Below the pieces are notes generated by a model. That model saw only the letters and a list, made by a program, of their open reading frames with translations. It did not search any database and was not told the origin of the DNA. This document shows positions 38,028 through 46,697 of a stretch of 53,377 nt of DNA, piece by piece (within the stretch, counting starts at the first letter, position 1; the number at the start of each line of letters is the position of its first letter). This DNA comes from a virus (lineage: Duplodnaviria; Caudoviricetes): IMG/VR virus record IMGVR_UViG_3300005043_000142, positions 1 to 53,377 of that record; one strand, given 5' to 3'. The position numbers and the translations under genes were made by a program.

Positions 38028-38311
38028 TAGGCAGCATCCTGCTGACGCTGACGCAGTATTTCACGGTATTTAGCAGCGACTGCCTGCAGGTAAAAATTAG
38101 CAGCCTTGCGTCCGTTCTGGCTCTGCTTTCCAATCATGTAGCGGCGGTCGTACTCCTCCGCGACCTCAGCCTGCTTTTCCGTTGGAATAACGGCCATGCG
38201 CTTCATGATCCAGTCTTTGTCTGATTCTTGCCGGTTTCGGTAGTGATAAAACTTCGGCATTACCACAACTGGTTCGGGCTTCGGCGGATACCGGCGATAT
38301 TGGTTTCTCAT
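38027..38311 (-). CDS. Hypothetical protein
   Basis: Coupled ORF in the nin region. Confidence 0.6.
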   Translation of the reverse strand: MRNQYRRYPPKPEPVVVMPKFYHYRNRQESDKDWIMKRMAVIPTEKQAEVAEEYDRRYMIGKQSQNGRKAANFYLQAVAAKYREILRQRQQDAA

Positions 38312-38790
38312 GCAGCAACCCCGTCGATTGCCTCACTGGCTTCAGGCAACGCACTCAGGTCACTACCGATTTCCATGAGCACTTCGGCAATGTCATCGCT
38401 CATGAGTTTGGCCAGCTGCTCCAGCACCTCCAGTTTCAGGGCCTTATCAGTCAGCTCTGGTGCTGCCGGCTGACTCAAGCGCCGATCCAGATCCTTCAAT
38501 GCAAAGCGGATGGATGACGGACGATCAATCAGGCGCTCAGATGGTGAGCGAGTCGTTGTTGTGGTCAGACTCTTTTCAGGGCCTGATTTTTTATGGTCTG
38601 TTTTTTTCTCTGCCTTTTCTGATTTTATTATCACGTCGTACAAGCCGCCCCGGAAAGTAACGTCCTCGTCCTCAATCAAAATTTTTAAATCCTGCACCAC
38701 AAAATCAGGATTCATTTTCAAAGCCTTTGCAATCTGCTGGTGAGTTGCCGGGCCGTGCTCGTTCAAATAATTCAGGATTTCATTGCTCAT
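38308..38790 (-). CDS. Winged-HTH protein
   Basis: EILNYLNEHGPATHQQIAKAL. Confidence 0.65.
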   Translation of the reverse strand: MSNEILNYLNEHGPATHQQIAKALKMNPDFVVQDLKILIEDEDVTFRGGLYDVIIKSEKAEKKTDHKKSGPEKSLTTTTTRSPSERLIDRPSSIRFALKDLDRRLSQPAAPELTDKALKLEVLEQLAKLMSDDIAEVLMEIGSDLSALPEASEAIDGVAA

Positions 38791-38821
38791 GCCGATCTTC
38801 TCCGCTGATCATCGGGTTGGT

Positions 38822-39478
38822 TTAATTAAGCTGTGCCAGAATTGCGCCCATGTTTTGCCGTGCACGACCACGTTCAGTTGGTTTCACAGGTAGCGCACGA
38901 TCAGAGTTATAAATCGGCTGATCGAATGGTTTGCCTGACTGCCAGTGCGTTACCGTGGTCTCGTAAGCGCGATCGATCATGGTCAAACACTTCTCGAAAG
39001 GACTGCTGCGCAGCATGTGCCAGTCCAACCGCCGCCCCATGTGAAACATCGCACCGGTTAGCTTCATGTTCGGATTCATCAGCTTCTTGCGGATGATTTC
39101 ACGCGCTTCATCAGCAGACGGAATGCCAGAAGCTTTTCTCATGCCCTCATGAGCCCATTCGCAGAATTGGCCTGGTGGAATCGGACGCACCCAACCACAC
39201 GCACGGCACGCGCGTAGACCGTGCTCAATCAGGCCCTTATTCGTCACGCCCTGCTCCACCAGCGTCGTGAGCCAGACCCGGCGCACTCCGCCCATGTCGT
39301 CCGGCGTCCACACCTCCCGCCATTTCGTAAAAATCAGCGTCAGCTCTGTCAGTAGCCAGTTCACCAGCTGCGCATCCTGCTGGGTCGGCTGGGGCGTCGA
39401 ATGGTGATTTGCCGTAGTCCCCGATCCAATCGGTGTCTGTGAGGTCAAGCGGTGCTGGGCTTGCGTGAATTGATCCAT
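38822..39478 (-). CDS. Replication protein P-like helicase loader
   Basis: W..TL.EQGV......GL..CR...PPGQFCEW motif; follows the initiator. Confidence 0.75.
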   Translation of the reverse strand: MDQFTQAQHRLTSQTPIGSGTTANHHSTPQPTQQDAQLVNWLLTELTLIFTKWREVWTPDDMGGVRRVWLTTLVEQGVTNKGLIEHGLRACRACGWVRPIPPGQFCEWAHEGMRKASGIPSADEAREIIRKKLMNPNMKLTGAMFHMGRRLDWHMLRSSPFEKCLTMIDRAYETTVTHWQSGKPFDQPIYNSDRALPVKPTERGRARQNMGAILAQLN

Positions 39479-40262
39479 GGGAATTGCCTCGCCTAGAGTT
39501 GTTCTGGTGGAGTGTCCATGCCTTCCGGGTTGATTTGAAAAATGCGGTTTCGTAATTCCCGCCGAACGGGGGTTTTCCCTCAGTCAGCCAGTACGCGACG
39601 AACTCAGGAACGCAACCACGAATAAAATCTTCAGGGATCGACAACATGGCGATACGGCGCACAGTGGTTTCGTCCGGCTGCCAGTGTTCAGAAAAAACGG
39701 TTTCCGGTTTTGGCTGGTACGGTTCTGCCGTCGGGTTTCCGAAAACGTTCCCGCACGCTGTTGGTGTTGTTGTTTGATTATGGTTATTTGATATGGTTAT
39801 TTGATTGGGGGGATTTTTTTCCCTACCAGTCGGGATTTTTTTCCCTACCAAGTCGGGATTTTTTTCCCGCCCTTGGTCGTAATTAGGTAGGGATTTTTTT
39901 CCCGCCCTTCCGGTTGTTGAGGTAGGGATTTTTTTCCCTACCTTACCGCCACCCGTGTTATTCCATAAGCGGCCTTTTTCCGTTATCCGGATCAGTGGCA
40001 GGTTACCGACAACTGCGCGGGAGATTAAGCCTTCAGATTCCAGAGCAGCCATCAGACGCTTGATCGTGTCTGGCTTGTCAGTCAGGATCGGCAGTTCTTC
40101 GCAGATTTTCTCTTTGGCCACCCAGTAGTACGCCTGGCCATCGACAATAAATTCCGAAGCCCAGCTATGGGCCTCATACAAAAAGCTGAACAGCACGGTT
40201 TGGGAAAGATTTAACCCCCACTCCTGAGCGCGCAGCTGATTGATGTAGACTGAAAACTGCAT
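39237..40262 (-). CDS. Replication initiator (O analog) with DnaT-like domain
   Basis: N-terminal wHTH, internal iterons, WQPD...EFVAYW, lambda-O-like LDLTDTDW. Confidence 0.85.
   Translation of the reverse strand: MQFSVYINQLRAQEWGLNLSQTVLFSFLYEAHSWASEFIVDGQAYYWVAKEKICEELPILTDKPDTIKRLMAALESEGLISRAVVGNLPLIRITEKGRLWNNTGGGKVGKKIPTSTTGRAGKKSLPNYDQGREKNPDLVGKKIPTGREKNPPNQITISNNHNQTTTPTACGNVFGNPTAEPYQPKPETVFSEHWQPDETTVRRIAMLSIPEDFIRGCVPEFVAYWLTEGKPPFGGNYETAFFKSTRKAWTLHQNNSRRGNSHGSIHASPAPLDLTDTDWIGDYGKSPFDAPADPAGCAAGELATDRADADFYEMAGGVDAGRHGRSAPGLAHDAGGAGRDE
39771..39942. repeat. Replication origin: five GGGATTTTTTTCCC iterons and an adjacent AT-rich element
   Basis: Copies start at 39810, 39832, 39855, 39890 and 39925; ATGGTTATTTGAT twice at 39780-39805; inside the initiator gene as in lambda. 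Confidence 0.88.
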
Positions 40263-40316
40263 ACCTTTTCAGGGCCTCAATTAATAATATTTTGCCGTTA
40301 TAACCCATCCTTGGTT

Positions 40317-40342
40317 AAAAAAACGGGGACGCGAGCGTCCCC
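40317..40342 (-). terminator. Terminator upstream of the initiator gene
   Basis: GGGGACGC-TC-GCGTCCCC followed by G and T7 on the minus strand. Confidence 0.8.
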
Positions 40343-40513
40343 TGAAAATGGAGCCAGATTGTGGTAGCCCTGCTCAATCAGCAGAACTGCATCAAATTGT
40401 CTGCGGTGGTTGGAATACCCAACTGTCCGTGTTTTACCGCCACGGAACGCTATCGCGGATACTCACCATAAATTCATGGCTTTCAAATCAGCTCCTGGAA
40501 ATCCAGGCATCAC

Positions 40514-40587
40514 CGCATTGGTGAATTGATCTGGCAAGATCAGCAATCATTGCAAGTAATGTGAAAACCAGATCAATTCCCAATGCG
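40514..40587. repeat. 20-bp inverted repeat with one bulged base
   Basis: CGCATTGG(T)GAATTGATCTGG ... CCAGATCAATTCCCAATGCG. Confidence 0.85.
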
Positions 40588-40687
40588 ACCTACCTTTATT
40601 AACCCAGAGCAGGAACTGGGTTCCGGATCGCCGGAAATCGGCCTGTATTTCAGTTTTCAATGACTGCCCGACAGGTTCGGAGTCATA

Positions 40688-41041
40688 TCAGTTACACCGC
40701 AAGCAAAACGAGTAGCCTGCATTTACTCGCCGCCTCAGGCAGCGCTGACACCACTCGCCACTTCCTTTTCGTCGATCAAGGTCGGCAGCGGTAAGTTTCA
40801 CGTTAAGGTTTTGCTTCCGGTGTTTAATCTTATTCATTTTCGGCTTGTGCAAATTTATTAGCCTGAATTCCTCATCAAGCATGTCATCTGCACTTTCAAA
40901 CTGCTTAAGCACAGTAAACTTAAGGTCCTTGCCATTAGCCTTGTGCCACCGAAACCTGTCAGCTGGTTTCTGAATCGTTGTGCCGATGTAAACGAGCTTT
41001 CCGCCCAGCTCCCCTTTGTAAACCGTATAAATTCTTGTCAT
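40688..41041 (-). CDS. Small GIY-YIG nuclease-like protein with Cys4 tail
   Basis: TVY...VYIGTT...RF..H...E...N; CQRC and CLRC. Confidence 0.7.
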   Translation of the reverse strand: MTRIYTVYKGELGGKLVYIGTTIQKPADRFRWHKANGKDLKFTVLKQFESADDMLDEEFRLINLHKPKMNKIKHRKQNLNVKLTAADLDRRKGSGEWCQRCLRRRVNAGYSFCLRCN

Positions 41042-41086
41042 AAAAATCGTCCTTAATCGCTTCTGTAGGTCTTGAATCGACTGCGC

Positions 41087-41341
41087 TTAAACGGTTTCAG
41101 CCTTCTGGCTCAGGCCGCCACGGATAACCCGTAACGCACCTCGGCGTTCGGACACAGCCTGCTTCTGCAGCGCCTCATACGCTTCTTCAGCCGACAACCG
41201 AATGCCGGTCATAGCCTCATGGCGCAGTTGCTCGGCAACCAGCCTTGCAACTTGATCAGGGTCTATGCCCAGCTCGTTACCCAAAATCTCAGCCTCGCGG
41301 CCCCCAATTAAAAATGCGTCCACGCTGAATCCCTCAGGCAC
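41087..41341 (-). CDS. Hypothetical protein
   Basis: GTG start with GAGG RBS; ends with an LRVIRGG motif. Confidence 0.55.
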   Translation of the reverse strand: MPEGFSVDAFLIGGREAEILGNELGIDPDQVARLVAEQLRHEAMTGIRLSAEEAYEALQKQAVSERRGALRVIRGGLSQKAETV

Positions 41342-41362
41342 TCAGGCCCTCAAAAAACCTTT

Positions 41363-41695
41363 TTATGTGCGGCGAAACAGCGTTTGCTGAATACGCTTAT
41401 CAATTTCTGCTGGGGCTTTTTTATGCTGAACCTGACCGGCCATTTCCCGGATGCGATCTTCAACAGCCAGTGCGATACGGCGACGCTCAAATTCCAGCGC
41501 CTTAGCGTGTCCAGCAGGTACGCGATATTGAACGCCCGCACGATCAAGCCCGGCAATTACAAGCTCACGGAGAATTACAGCGATCTGCTCGCCTGTACGT
41601 TCAGCGAGAGCATCCAGCCGCTCAAGGTCGTATTCATCCAGTCGGCACTTAATGCCGTTCGGGTCTTTCTTCTGCATCGGATCTCGATAAGCCAT
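41363..41695 (-). CDS. DNA-binding protein at the cII position (RHH-like)
   Basis: IKCRLDEYDLERLDALAERTG...ILRELV. Confidence 0.6.
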   Translation of the reverse strand: MAYRDPMQKKDPNGIKCRLDEYDLERLDALAERTGEQIAVILRELVIAGLDRAGVQYRVPAGHAKALEFERRRIALAVEDRIREMAGQVQHKKAPAEIDKRIQQTLFRRT

Positions 41696-41699
41696 CGCA

Positions 41700-41882
41700 T
41701 CACCCTGCTTTTTTGGTTTCTGGTTCAGCCTTCAGCTGACCTTCGGTTAGTGCCTGAATCTGATACTGGCGGCCAACTGGCGGGTATTCGCCCCATGCGC
41801 AGATGGTCGTATGCCAGCACCCCAAGGCTTCAGCCACTTTCACTTTGGAGCCAAAGTGCTTCACAACTTCGTCGGTTTTCAT
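41700..41882 (-). CDS. cro: Cro-like repressor
   Basis: MKTDEVVKHFGSKVKVAEALG...WGEYPP..RQYQIQALT.G.L; divergent from cI. Confidence 0.88.
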   Translation of the reverse strand: MKTDEVVKHFGSKVKVAEALGCWHTTICAWGEYPPVGRQYQIQALTEGQLKAEPETKKAG

Positions 41883-41894
41883 TTGCAACACCAT

Positions 41895-41932
41895 TGTCAG
41901 TATTTCGACATTTGTAGCACAGCACTTCGACA
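41895..41932. promoter_or_regulatory. OR: two 16-bp operator-like sites
   Basis: TGTCAGTATTTCGACA at 41895 and GCACAGCACTTCGACA at 41917. Confidence 0.7.
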
Positions 41933-41977
41933 TCAATCAATCATAAAATGATAATAATTTGTCACTCGGTACCTGAT

Positions 41978-42628
41978 ATGTCGTTCGGTGAAAGGGTTAA
42001 ACAGCGCAGAAAGATGCTGAAACTCACGCAAAAGGATTTGGCTGCTAGGGTGGGCATTTCTCGAAGCGCGGTCGCCAGTTGGGAAATGGGCGACCACATC
42101 CCGGGCGGCGATCCGGCGATGAAGTTACCAGGCGCGCTGGAATGCTCATGGAGTTGGCTAACGACAGGAAAAGGAAGTGCGCCTGCAGCTTCTGGAAGTG
42201 GCGTTCACTTTGAACCACAAAAGGATCAGCCCATTCCGCTTCTGGAAAAGCCCCACATAGGATCTTTCGTTTCTGGCGAACATGGGTCATTCAAAGAAAG
42301 CGCCGGCCCAAAATCTGCACTTATCCGCGACGCCGCCGGCGCTGGCCCGCGCACCTTTGCCTATGTTGAAACGAGTGATGGCATGTCGCCCCGCATCGAG
42401 CCGGGCGATACTGTGTACATCGACCCGGATCAATCAGAGTGCAAGCCGGGGCGGGAAATATGGCTGTTCAGGGTGGGTAATGGATACGCGCTGGGCACGG
42501 TAACAGAAACACCGCGCGGGTTAATGCTGCGCTTTGATAATCAGGCCCCCGGCTGGGAGCCGATGCCGGTGCAGCCTGCCGACTGCGCCGGAAAGCTCGT
42601 GGCGTTTGTGCCGTCGTGGCTTAATTAG
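41978..42628 (+). CDS. cI: CI-like repressor with degenerate S24 domain
   Basis: XRE HTH plus MSPRIEPGDTVYIDPD; catalytic Ser and Lys appear absent. Confidence 0.88.
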   Translation: MSFGERVKQRRKMLKLTQKDLAARVGISRSAVASWEMGDHIPGGDPAMKLPGALECSWSWLTTGKGSAPAASGSGVHFEPQKDQPIPLLEKPHIGSFVSGEHGSFKESAGPKSALIRDAAGAGPRTFAYVETSDGMSPRIEPGDTVYIDPDQSECKPGREIWLFRVGNGYALGTVTETPRGLMLRFDNQAPGWEPMPVQPADCAGKLVAFVPSWLN

Positions 42629-42670
42629 GTGCCGCATGGGGTGATACTTTTCAAGCGATTATCGGCGACT

Positions 42671-43090
42671 CTATGCACCTGCTGACTCTTTGAGAAGTCT
42701 TACCAAAAGAGACTCAAGCAGTACTATCTCGCTTGGAGTGTATCCCGACTCCCTTGCATTCATCACGGATATTACAGCAGATGCGCCTAGCGCTTCGGCA
42801 GCAACCCTTAAAAGAACAGCCCTATCCGAATGAATAGATATTTGCCGATTTGAAAGCCCATCGCTGTCACTGCCAGAAATGTCTCCGCAAGCCGTCACGC
42901 CCCCTGTCAAAATAGCCTCGGCGCCCACTTTAAGCGCCCTCCCGAGGGCAATAAGGTGCTCCCCCTTGGGTTTGTTTATGCCCTGCTCCCAGTTCACTAC
43001 TGTTGTTTTAGAGACACCACACAACTTCCCAAGCTCACCTTGGGTTAGCTGAAGTTCCTTGCGTTTCGTTCGTATTATCGACTCAACCAT
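42671..43090 (-). CDS. Second XRE HTH regulator
   Basis: LTQGELGKLCGVSKTTVVNWEQG..KP. Confidence 0.85.
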   Translation of the reverse strand: MVESIIRTKRKELQLTQGELGKLCGVSKTTVVNWEQGINKPKGEHLIALGRALKVGAEAILTGGVTACGDISGSDSDGLSNRQISIHSDRAVLLRVAAEALGASAVISVMNARESGYTPSEIVLLESLLVRLLKESAGA

Positions 43091-43132
43091 TAAAGCCTCC
43101 CGTTGTATTCAACGGAGTCTATCAATACAAAA

Positions 43133-43212
43133 TGTCAAAAGGCTGTCAAAAACTATTTGACAGTTAATCGACATAAATTTAATGTTGCCTCATAGATGTT
43201 GAAATACTGTCA
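43133..43212 (+). promoter_or_regulatory. pL/OL: TTGACA-17bp-TAATGT promoter with three operator-like sites
   Basis: TTGACA at 43157. Sites at 43133 (reverse TGACAGCCTTTTGACA), 43158 (TGACAGTTAATCGACA) and 43197 (reverse TGACAGTATTTCAACA) match OR. Confidence 0.75.
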
Positions 43213-43223
43213 CGGAGGCAGCC

Positions 43224-43613
43224 ATGAAAGGCAAAGCAATCACCACCGGCTACGGCGATGTAGCAACTCCAGAACCTGAAAGCCTGACCATCAGCTTCGA
43301 CATTGCCCAGCGCCTGCTGAATCGCGATGAAGTTGCGGGCCTGAATGGCACCTACACGTTTCAAGACGTACTGCAGTTCACCTGGGACAACTCAGACGAC
43401 GCCGAAGAGGTTGAAAAAGCTCTTCACGCAATCGCGCTGGGTGATTCCGATCTGGCCCAGGCACGTATCCGCAAAATTCTTACCCGCTCAGCTGAAGAGT
43501 TCGCCTCAAAAATTGAGTGCGACGTTATTGCCGCCATCGCAGAAAAGAACCGCCACGAAGCTGGTGAGTATCTGGCAATCCAGTTTGAGCAAGACCGGGA
43601 CTACCACCTTTGA
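43224..43613 (+). CDS. Hypothetical protein, first pL gene
   Basis: GGAGG RBS. Confidence 0.7.
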   Translation: MKGKAITTGYGDVATPEPESLTISFDIAQRLLNRDEVAGLNGTYTFQDVLQFTWDNSDDAEEVEKALHAIALGDSDLAQARIRKILTRSAEEFASKIECDVIAAIAEKNRHEAGEYLAIQFEQDRDYHL

Positions 43614-43637
43614 ATAAACACTTTGAGGCGAACTTCA

Positions 43638-43820
43638 ATGCAATTTTCGGTAATGAAATTTCATCAGCAGAAAACCCCCGCCGGGAAATCAATCTGGGTG
43701 GCGATGGTATCCGTCAACGGGAGTGTGGAGGAGTTCGCAGCAAAGACGACAACGGAACTGAACGCCCTGCTCTGCCGTGCCCGTCAGAATCAAATACAAC
43801 AGGCCGCTGAGGCGGCATAA
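43638..43820 (+). CDS. Hypothetical protein
   Basis: Stop abuts the bet RBS; an overlapping ORF at 43610-43810 is also plausible. Confidence 0.45.
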   Translation: MQFSVMKFHQQKTPAGKSIWVAMVSVNGSVEEFAAKTTTELNALLCRARQNQIQQAAEAA

Positions 43821-43829
43821 GGAGAGGTT

Positions 43830-44597
43830 ATGACTCAGGTAGCACAAATGCCACAGCAGCCAAGCGGCGCGCTCGCATCGCTGGCGCAGCGCTTAAACAT
43901 CAACGTGGAAGAAGCGCAAAACATCGTTATCAACACGCTGATGAAGGCCAAGGGCCAAGGCCAGCAGGTAACCAATGAGGAATTTGTCACCTTTCTGGCG
44001 ATTGCCAGCGAGTACAAATTAAACCCGCTGACAAAAGAGATTTACGCCTTCAGCAACCGTGGTGCAATTCAGCCAATCGTATCCATCGACGGCTGGCTGA
44101 AAATCATTAACACCCACCCTCAGTTCGATGGCATGGAATTTAAGGATGCTCTGGATCAAGAAGGCAAGCTGAGCGCTGTTACCTGTCAGATTTACCGTAA
44201 GGACCGCAGTCGTCCAACTGAGCTTACGGAATACATGAGTGAATGTGCCGGATCGTCAGACCCTTGGAAAAAATGGCCTGCGCGTATGTTGCGCCATAAA
44301 GCAACTATCCAATGTGCACGCTACGCCTTCGGCCTCAGCGGTATTGTTGACCCGGACGAGGCCGAGCGCATCGAAAGCGTCACCCGTACAGAGCGCGACG
44401 TAACCTCGAAAGCCGAAGCCCGTCCAGCGCTGGCGCATTACCCGGAGCATAAGTTCGCCCAGAAATTTAGTGGCTGGGAAGATCAAATTAAATCCGGCCA
44501 GCGCACAGCTGAAGACGTAATTAACACCCTTTCAAGCCGCTACGAATTAAGCGTAGAGCAAATTAAATCACTGGAATCCTGTGAGGTATCAGCATGA
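43830..44597 (+). CDS. bet: Bet/RecT-family recombinase
   Basis: YKLNPLTKEIYAF, PIVSIDGW, RMLRHKATIQCARYAFG. Confidence 0.95.
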   Translation: MTQVAQMPQQPSGALASLAQRLNINVEEAQNIVINTLMKAKGQGQQVTNEEFVTFLAIASEYKLNPLTKEIYAFSNRGAIQPIVSIDGWLKIINTHPQFDGMEFKDALDQEGKLSAVTCQIYRKDRSRPTELTEYMSECAGSSDPWKKWPARMLRHKATIQCARYAFGLSGIVDPDEAERIESVTRTERDVTSKAEARPALAHYPEHKFAQKFSGWEDQIKSGQRTAEDVINTLSSRYELSVEQIKSLESCEVSA

Positions 44598-46207
44598 AGC
44601 GTCTCAATTTTGTTCAAGGTAGCCCAGAATGGAAAGCCGCTCGTAGAAAATTCAAAACCGCATCCGAAGCAAGCATTGTTGCGGCAATGAGTAAAAATGT
44701 CAGCCGTGACGAATTGCTTCACATGAAAGCAACGGGATCAGAGCAGGAATTTTCAGAGTGGTTTGAAAAAAACATTCTGGATAAGGGCCATGCAGTAGAA
44801 GCGGCAGCCCGTCCTTTTTCAGAGAAACTTATTGCTAAAAAATTCGGCCTCGACGAAGACGATGCAATGCTGTTTCCGGTTACCTGTATCGATGATACCG
44901 AAGCATATCTCGCAAGCTGCGACGGCCTGACCGATGACGGCCTGATTGGCTGGGAGTGTAAGCAGTGGAATGCCGAAAAAGCAGCAGCTGTTAACTCCGG
45001 ATTAATCCCAGATTGTGATAAGTGGCAGGTCGCCCAGCAGCTTATGGTTACTGGCGCAAAACATTGGCTGTACACGGTTTCTGATGGCACGGAAGAAGGT
45101 TCAGCGCATGTCTGGGTAACACCGGATATGTTCGATTTCGATTTTTTGGTTGCGATCTGGAAACAGTTTGAAGCCGACCTGAAAAACTACCAGGCACCGG
45201 AAGTAAAACCACAAGCAGTAGCTGACGAAGTAACCGCCCTGCCGGCAATCACCATGACGGCAACTGGCCAGGTTGCCGTTGTCGATAACTTTGCTGTTTT
45301 CGAAGCTGGCCTGACAGCATTCCTGCACAACCAGCTGATCCGTGAGCCAAAAACAGACAACGATTTCGCCACGCTGGATAAGCAAATCAAGGCCCTTAAA
45401 AGCGCCGAAGATGCACTGAACGCTGCCGGTGATTCCGTGCTGGCCCAGGTGCAGGCGGTTGATACAGCGATGAAACGCAAAGACAGCCTCTCTGCACTGG
45501 TTCGCGAAAACCGACTGATGGCAGAAAAACTTCTGAAGGCGGAGAAGGAGCGCCGTCGCATGGAAATTATGCAGGCGGCAACAGCCAGCGTAGAAGCCTA
45601 CGTGTTTGATCTTAACGACGAAGTTGGAATTCGAATTCCAATGCCATCACTCGGACTGGCTGGCGCAATGAAAGGCAAAAAGACCATCGCCAGCCTGCAG
45701 TCCGCTGCAAATGACGAAGCGGCCCGCGCGAAAATCGAATCTCGCCAGATGGCCGACAACGTGAAAGAGAACGTGCAGATTCTTGGCTCAATGTGTAGCG
45801 CTGAAATTAAGGGCCTGCTTTTCCCTGATCTGGAATCACTGGCTACAAAGCCCGCTAACGATTTCAAAGCAATCGCCCAAGGCCGCGTTATTCAGCATGA
45901 GCAGCAACTGCGTGAGCGTGAAGAGGCGGCCCGCCGCCAGGCCGAAGCAGAAGCGCAGGCCAAGGCTGAAGCAGAAGCGCAGGCCAAGGCTGAAGCAGAA
46001 ACAAAGGCAACAGAGCAACAGCCTGCCCCGGCACTCGCTGATATTCCGCTGACCACCGGCACGGCCATTAAAGCCAAAACACAGCCGCGCACCCTGGGCG
46101 ACGCACTGACCCACTTTGGCATGCAAAAAAACCTTGGCGATCAGGATATTCAAGAGCTGCTGGATATTGTTGCCCACTACACCAACCTGAACGCAAAAGC
46201 CGCATAA
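44594..46207 (+). CDS. YqaJ/lambda-exonuclease-family protein with coiled-coil extension
   Basis: QGSPEW..RR..TASE, ASCDGL, WECK, QVAQQL. Confidence 0.9.
   Translation: MKRLNFVQGSPEWKAARRKFKTASEASIVAAMSKNVSRDELLHMKATGSEQEFSEWFEKNILDKGHAVEAAARPFSEKLIAKKFGLDEDDAMLFPVTCIDDTEAYLASCDGLTDDGLIGWECKQWNAEKAAAVNSGLIPDCDKWQVAQQLMVTGAKHWLYTVSDGTEEGSAHVWVTPDMFDFDFLVAIWKQFEADLKNYQAPEVKPQAVADEVTALPAITMTATGQVAVVDNFAVFEAGLTAFLHNQLIREPKTDNDFATLDKQIKALKSAEDALNAAGDSVLAQVQAVDTAMKRKDSLSALVRENRLMAEKLLKAEKERRRMEIMQAATASVEAYVFDLNDEVGIRIPMPSLGLAGAMKGKKTIASLQSAANDEAARAKIESRQMADNVKENVQILGSMCSAEIKGLLFPDLESLATKPANDFKAIAQGRVIQHEQQLREREEAARRQAEAEAQAKAEAEAQAKAEAETKATEQQPAPALADIPLTTGTAIKAKTQPRTLGDALTHFGMQKNLGDQDIQELLDIVAHYTNLNAKAA
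45941..46000 (+). repeat. 24-bp in-frame tandem repeat, about 2.5 copies (AEAEAQAK)
   Basis: GCYGAAGCAGAAGCGCAGGCCAAG repeated. Confidence 0.9.
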
Positions 46208-46218
46208 GGACATCAGAA

Positions 46219-46479
46219 ATGGGTGACATGGGAGAGATATTCAACGCAATGCGCGAAGACAGCAAGAAGCGCCGTGAAGCGAATCGTGCAAATGCACCGC
46301 AGATTCTTACTGATGCAGGTATCGAGTATGAATCAAAAAACCATGGAGCCCACCTGATCGTAACCGGCAGCAATTGCCTGATTGATTTCTGGCCGGGAAC
46401 CGGAAAGTGGATCAGCCGTAATGGAAAAAAGGCCCGCGGAGTTCGCAGCCTGATTAAACACATTAAAGAAGGAATATAA
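46219..46479 (+). CDS. Hypothetical phage protein
   Basis: MGDMGE start and [10 protein letters not shown]; AAGGA RBS. Confidence 0.75.
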   Translation: MGDMGEIFNAMREDSKKRREANRANAPQILTDAGIEYESKNHGAHLIVTGSNCLIDFWPGTGKWISRNGKKARGVRSLIKHIKEGI

Positions 46480-46481
46480 CG

Positions 46482-46697
46482 ATGCTTATTTTAACCCGCC
46501 GTATCGGCGAAACAGTAATGATCGGCGACGACATCAATATCACCGTGCTCGACGTAAAGGGCAACCAGGTGCGCCTTGGAATTAATGCTCCGCGCGAAAT
46601 GGGCGTGCACCGTAAAGAGGTTTACGAGCGTATTCAGGCTGAGAAAGAAGCCGAAGCTGACAAGCCGAAACTTGAAAGCCAGTACGCCACCGCATAA
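46482..46697 (+). CDS. csrA: Phage-encoded CsrA/RsmA RNA-binding protein
   Basis: MLILTRR.GET..IGD......VKGNQVR.G.NAP....VHR; RNA-contact Arg44 retained. Confidence 0.96.
   Translation: MLILTRRIGETVMIGDDINITVLDVKGNQVRLGINAPREMGVHRKEVYERIQAEKEAEADKPKLESQYATA

Noticed and set aside
39810-39938. Iteron cluster as a mini-CRISPR
   Set aside because: Spacers are only 8-21 bp and the cluster lies inside the initiator gene; an origin explains it.
40340-40690. tRNA gene
   Set aside because: No cloverleaf with a T-loop consensus was found by eye.
43143-43163. CTGTCAAA-N5-TTTGACAG as a LexA box
   Set aside because: CTGT to ACAG spacing is 13, not 8; it arises from two adjacent inverted operators.
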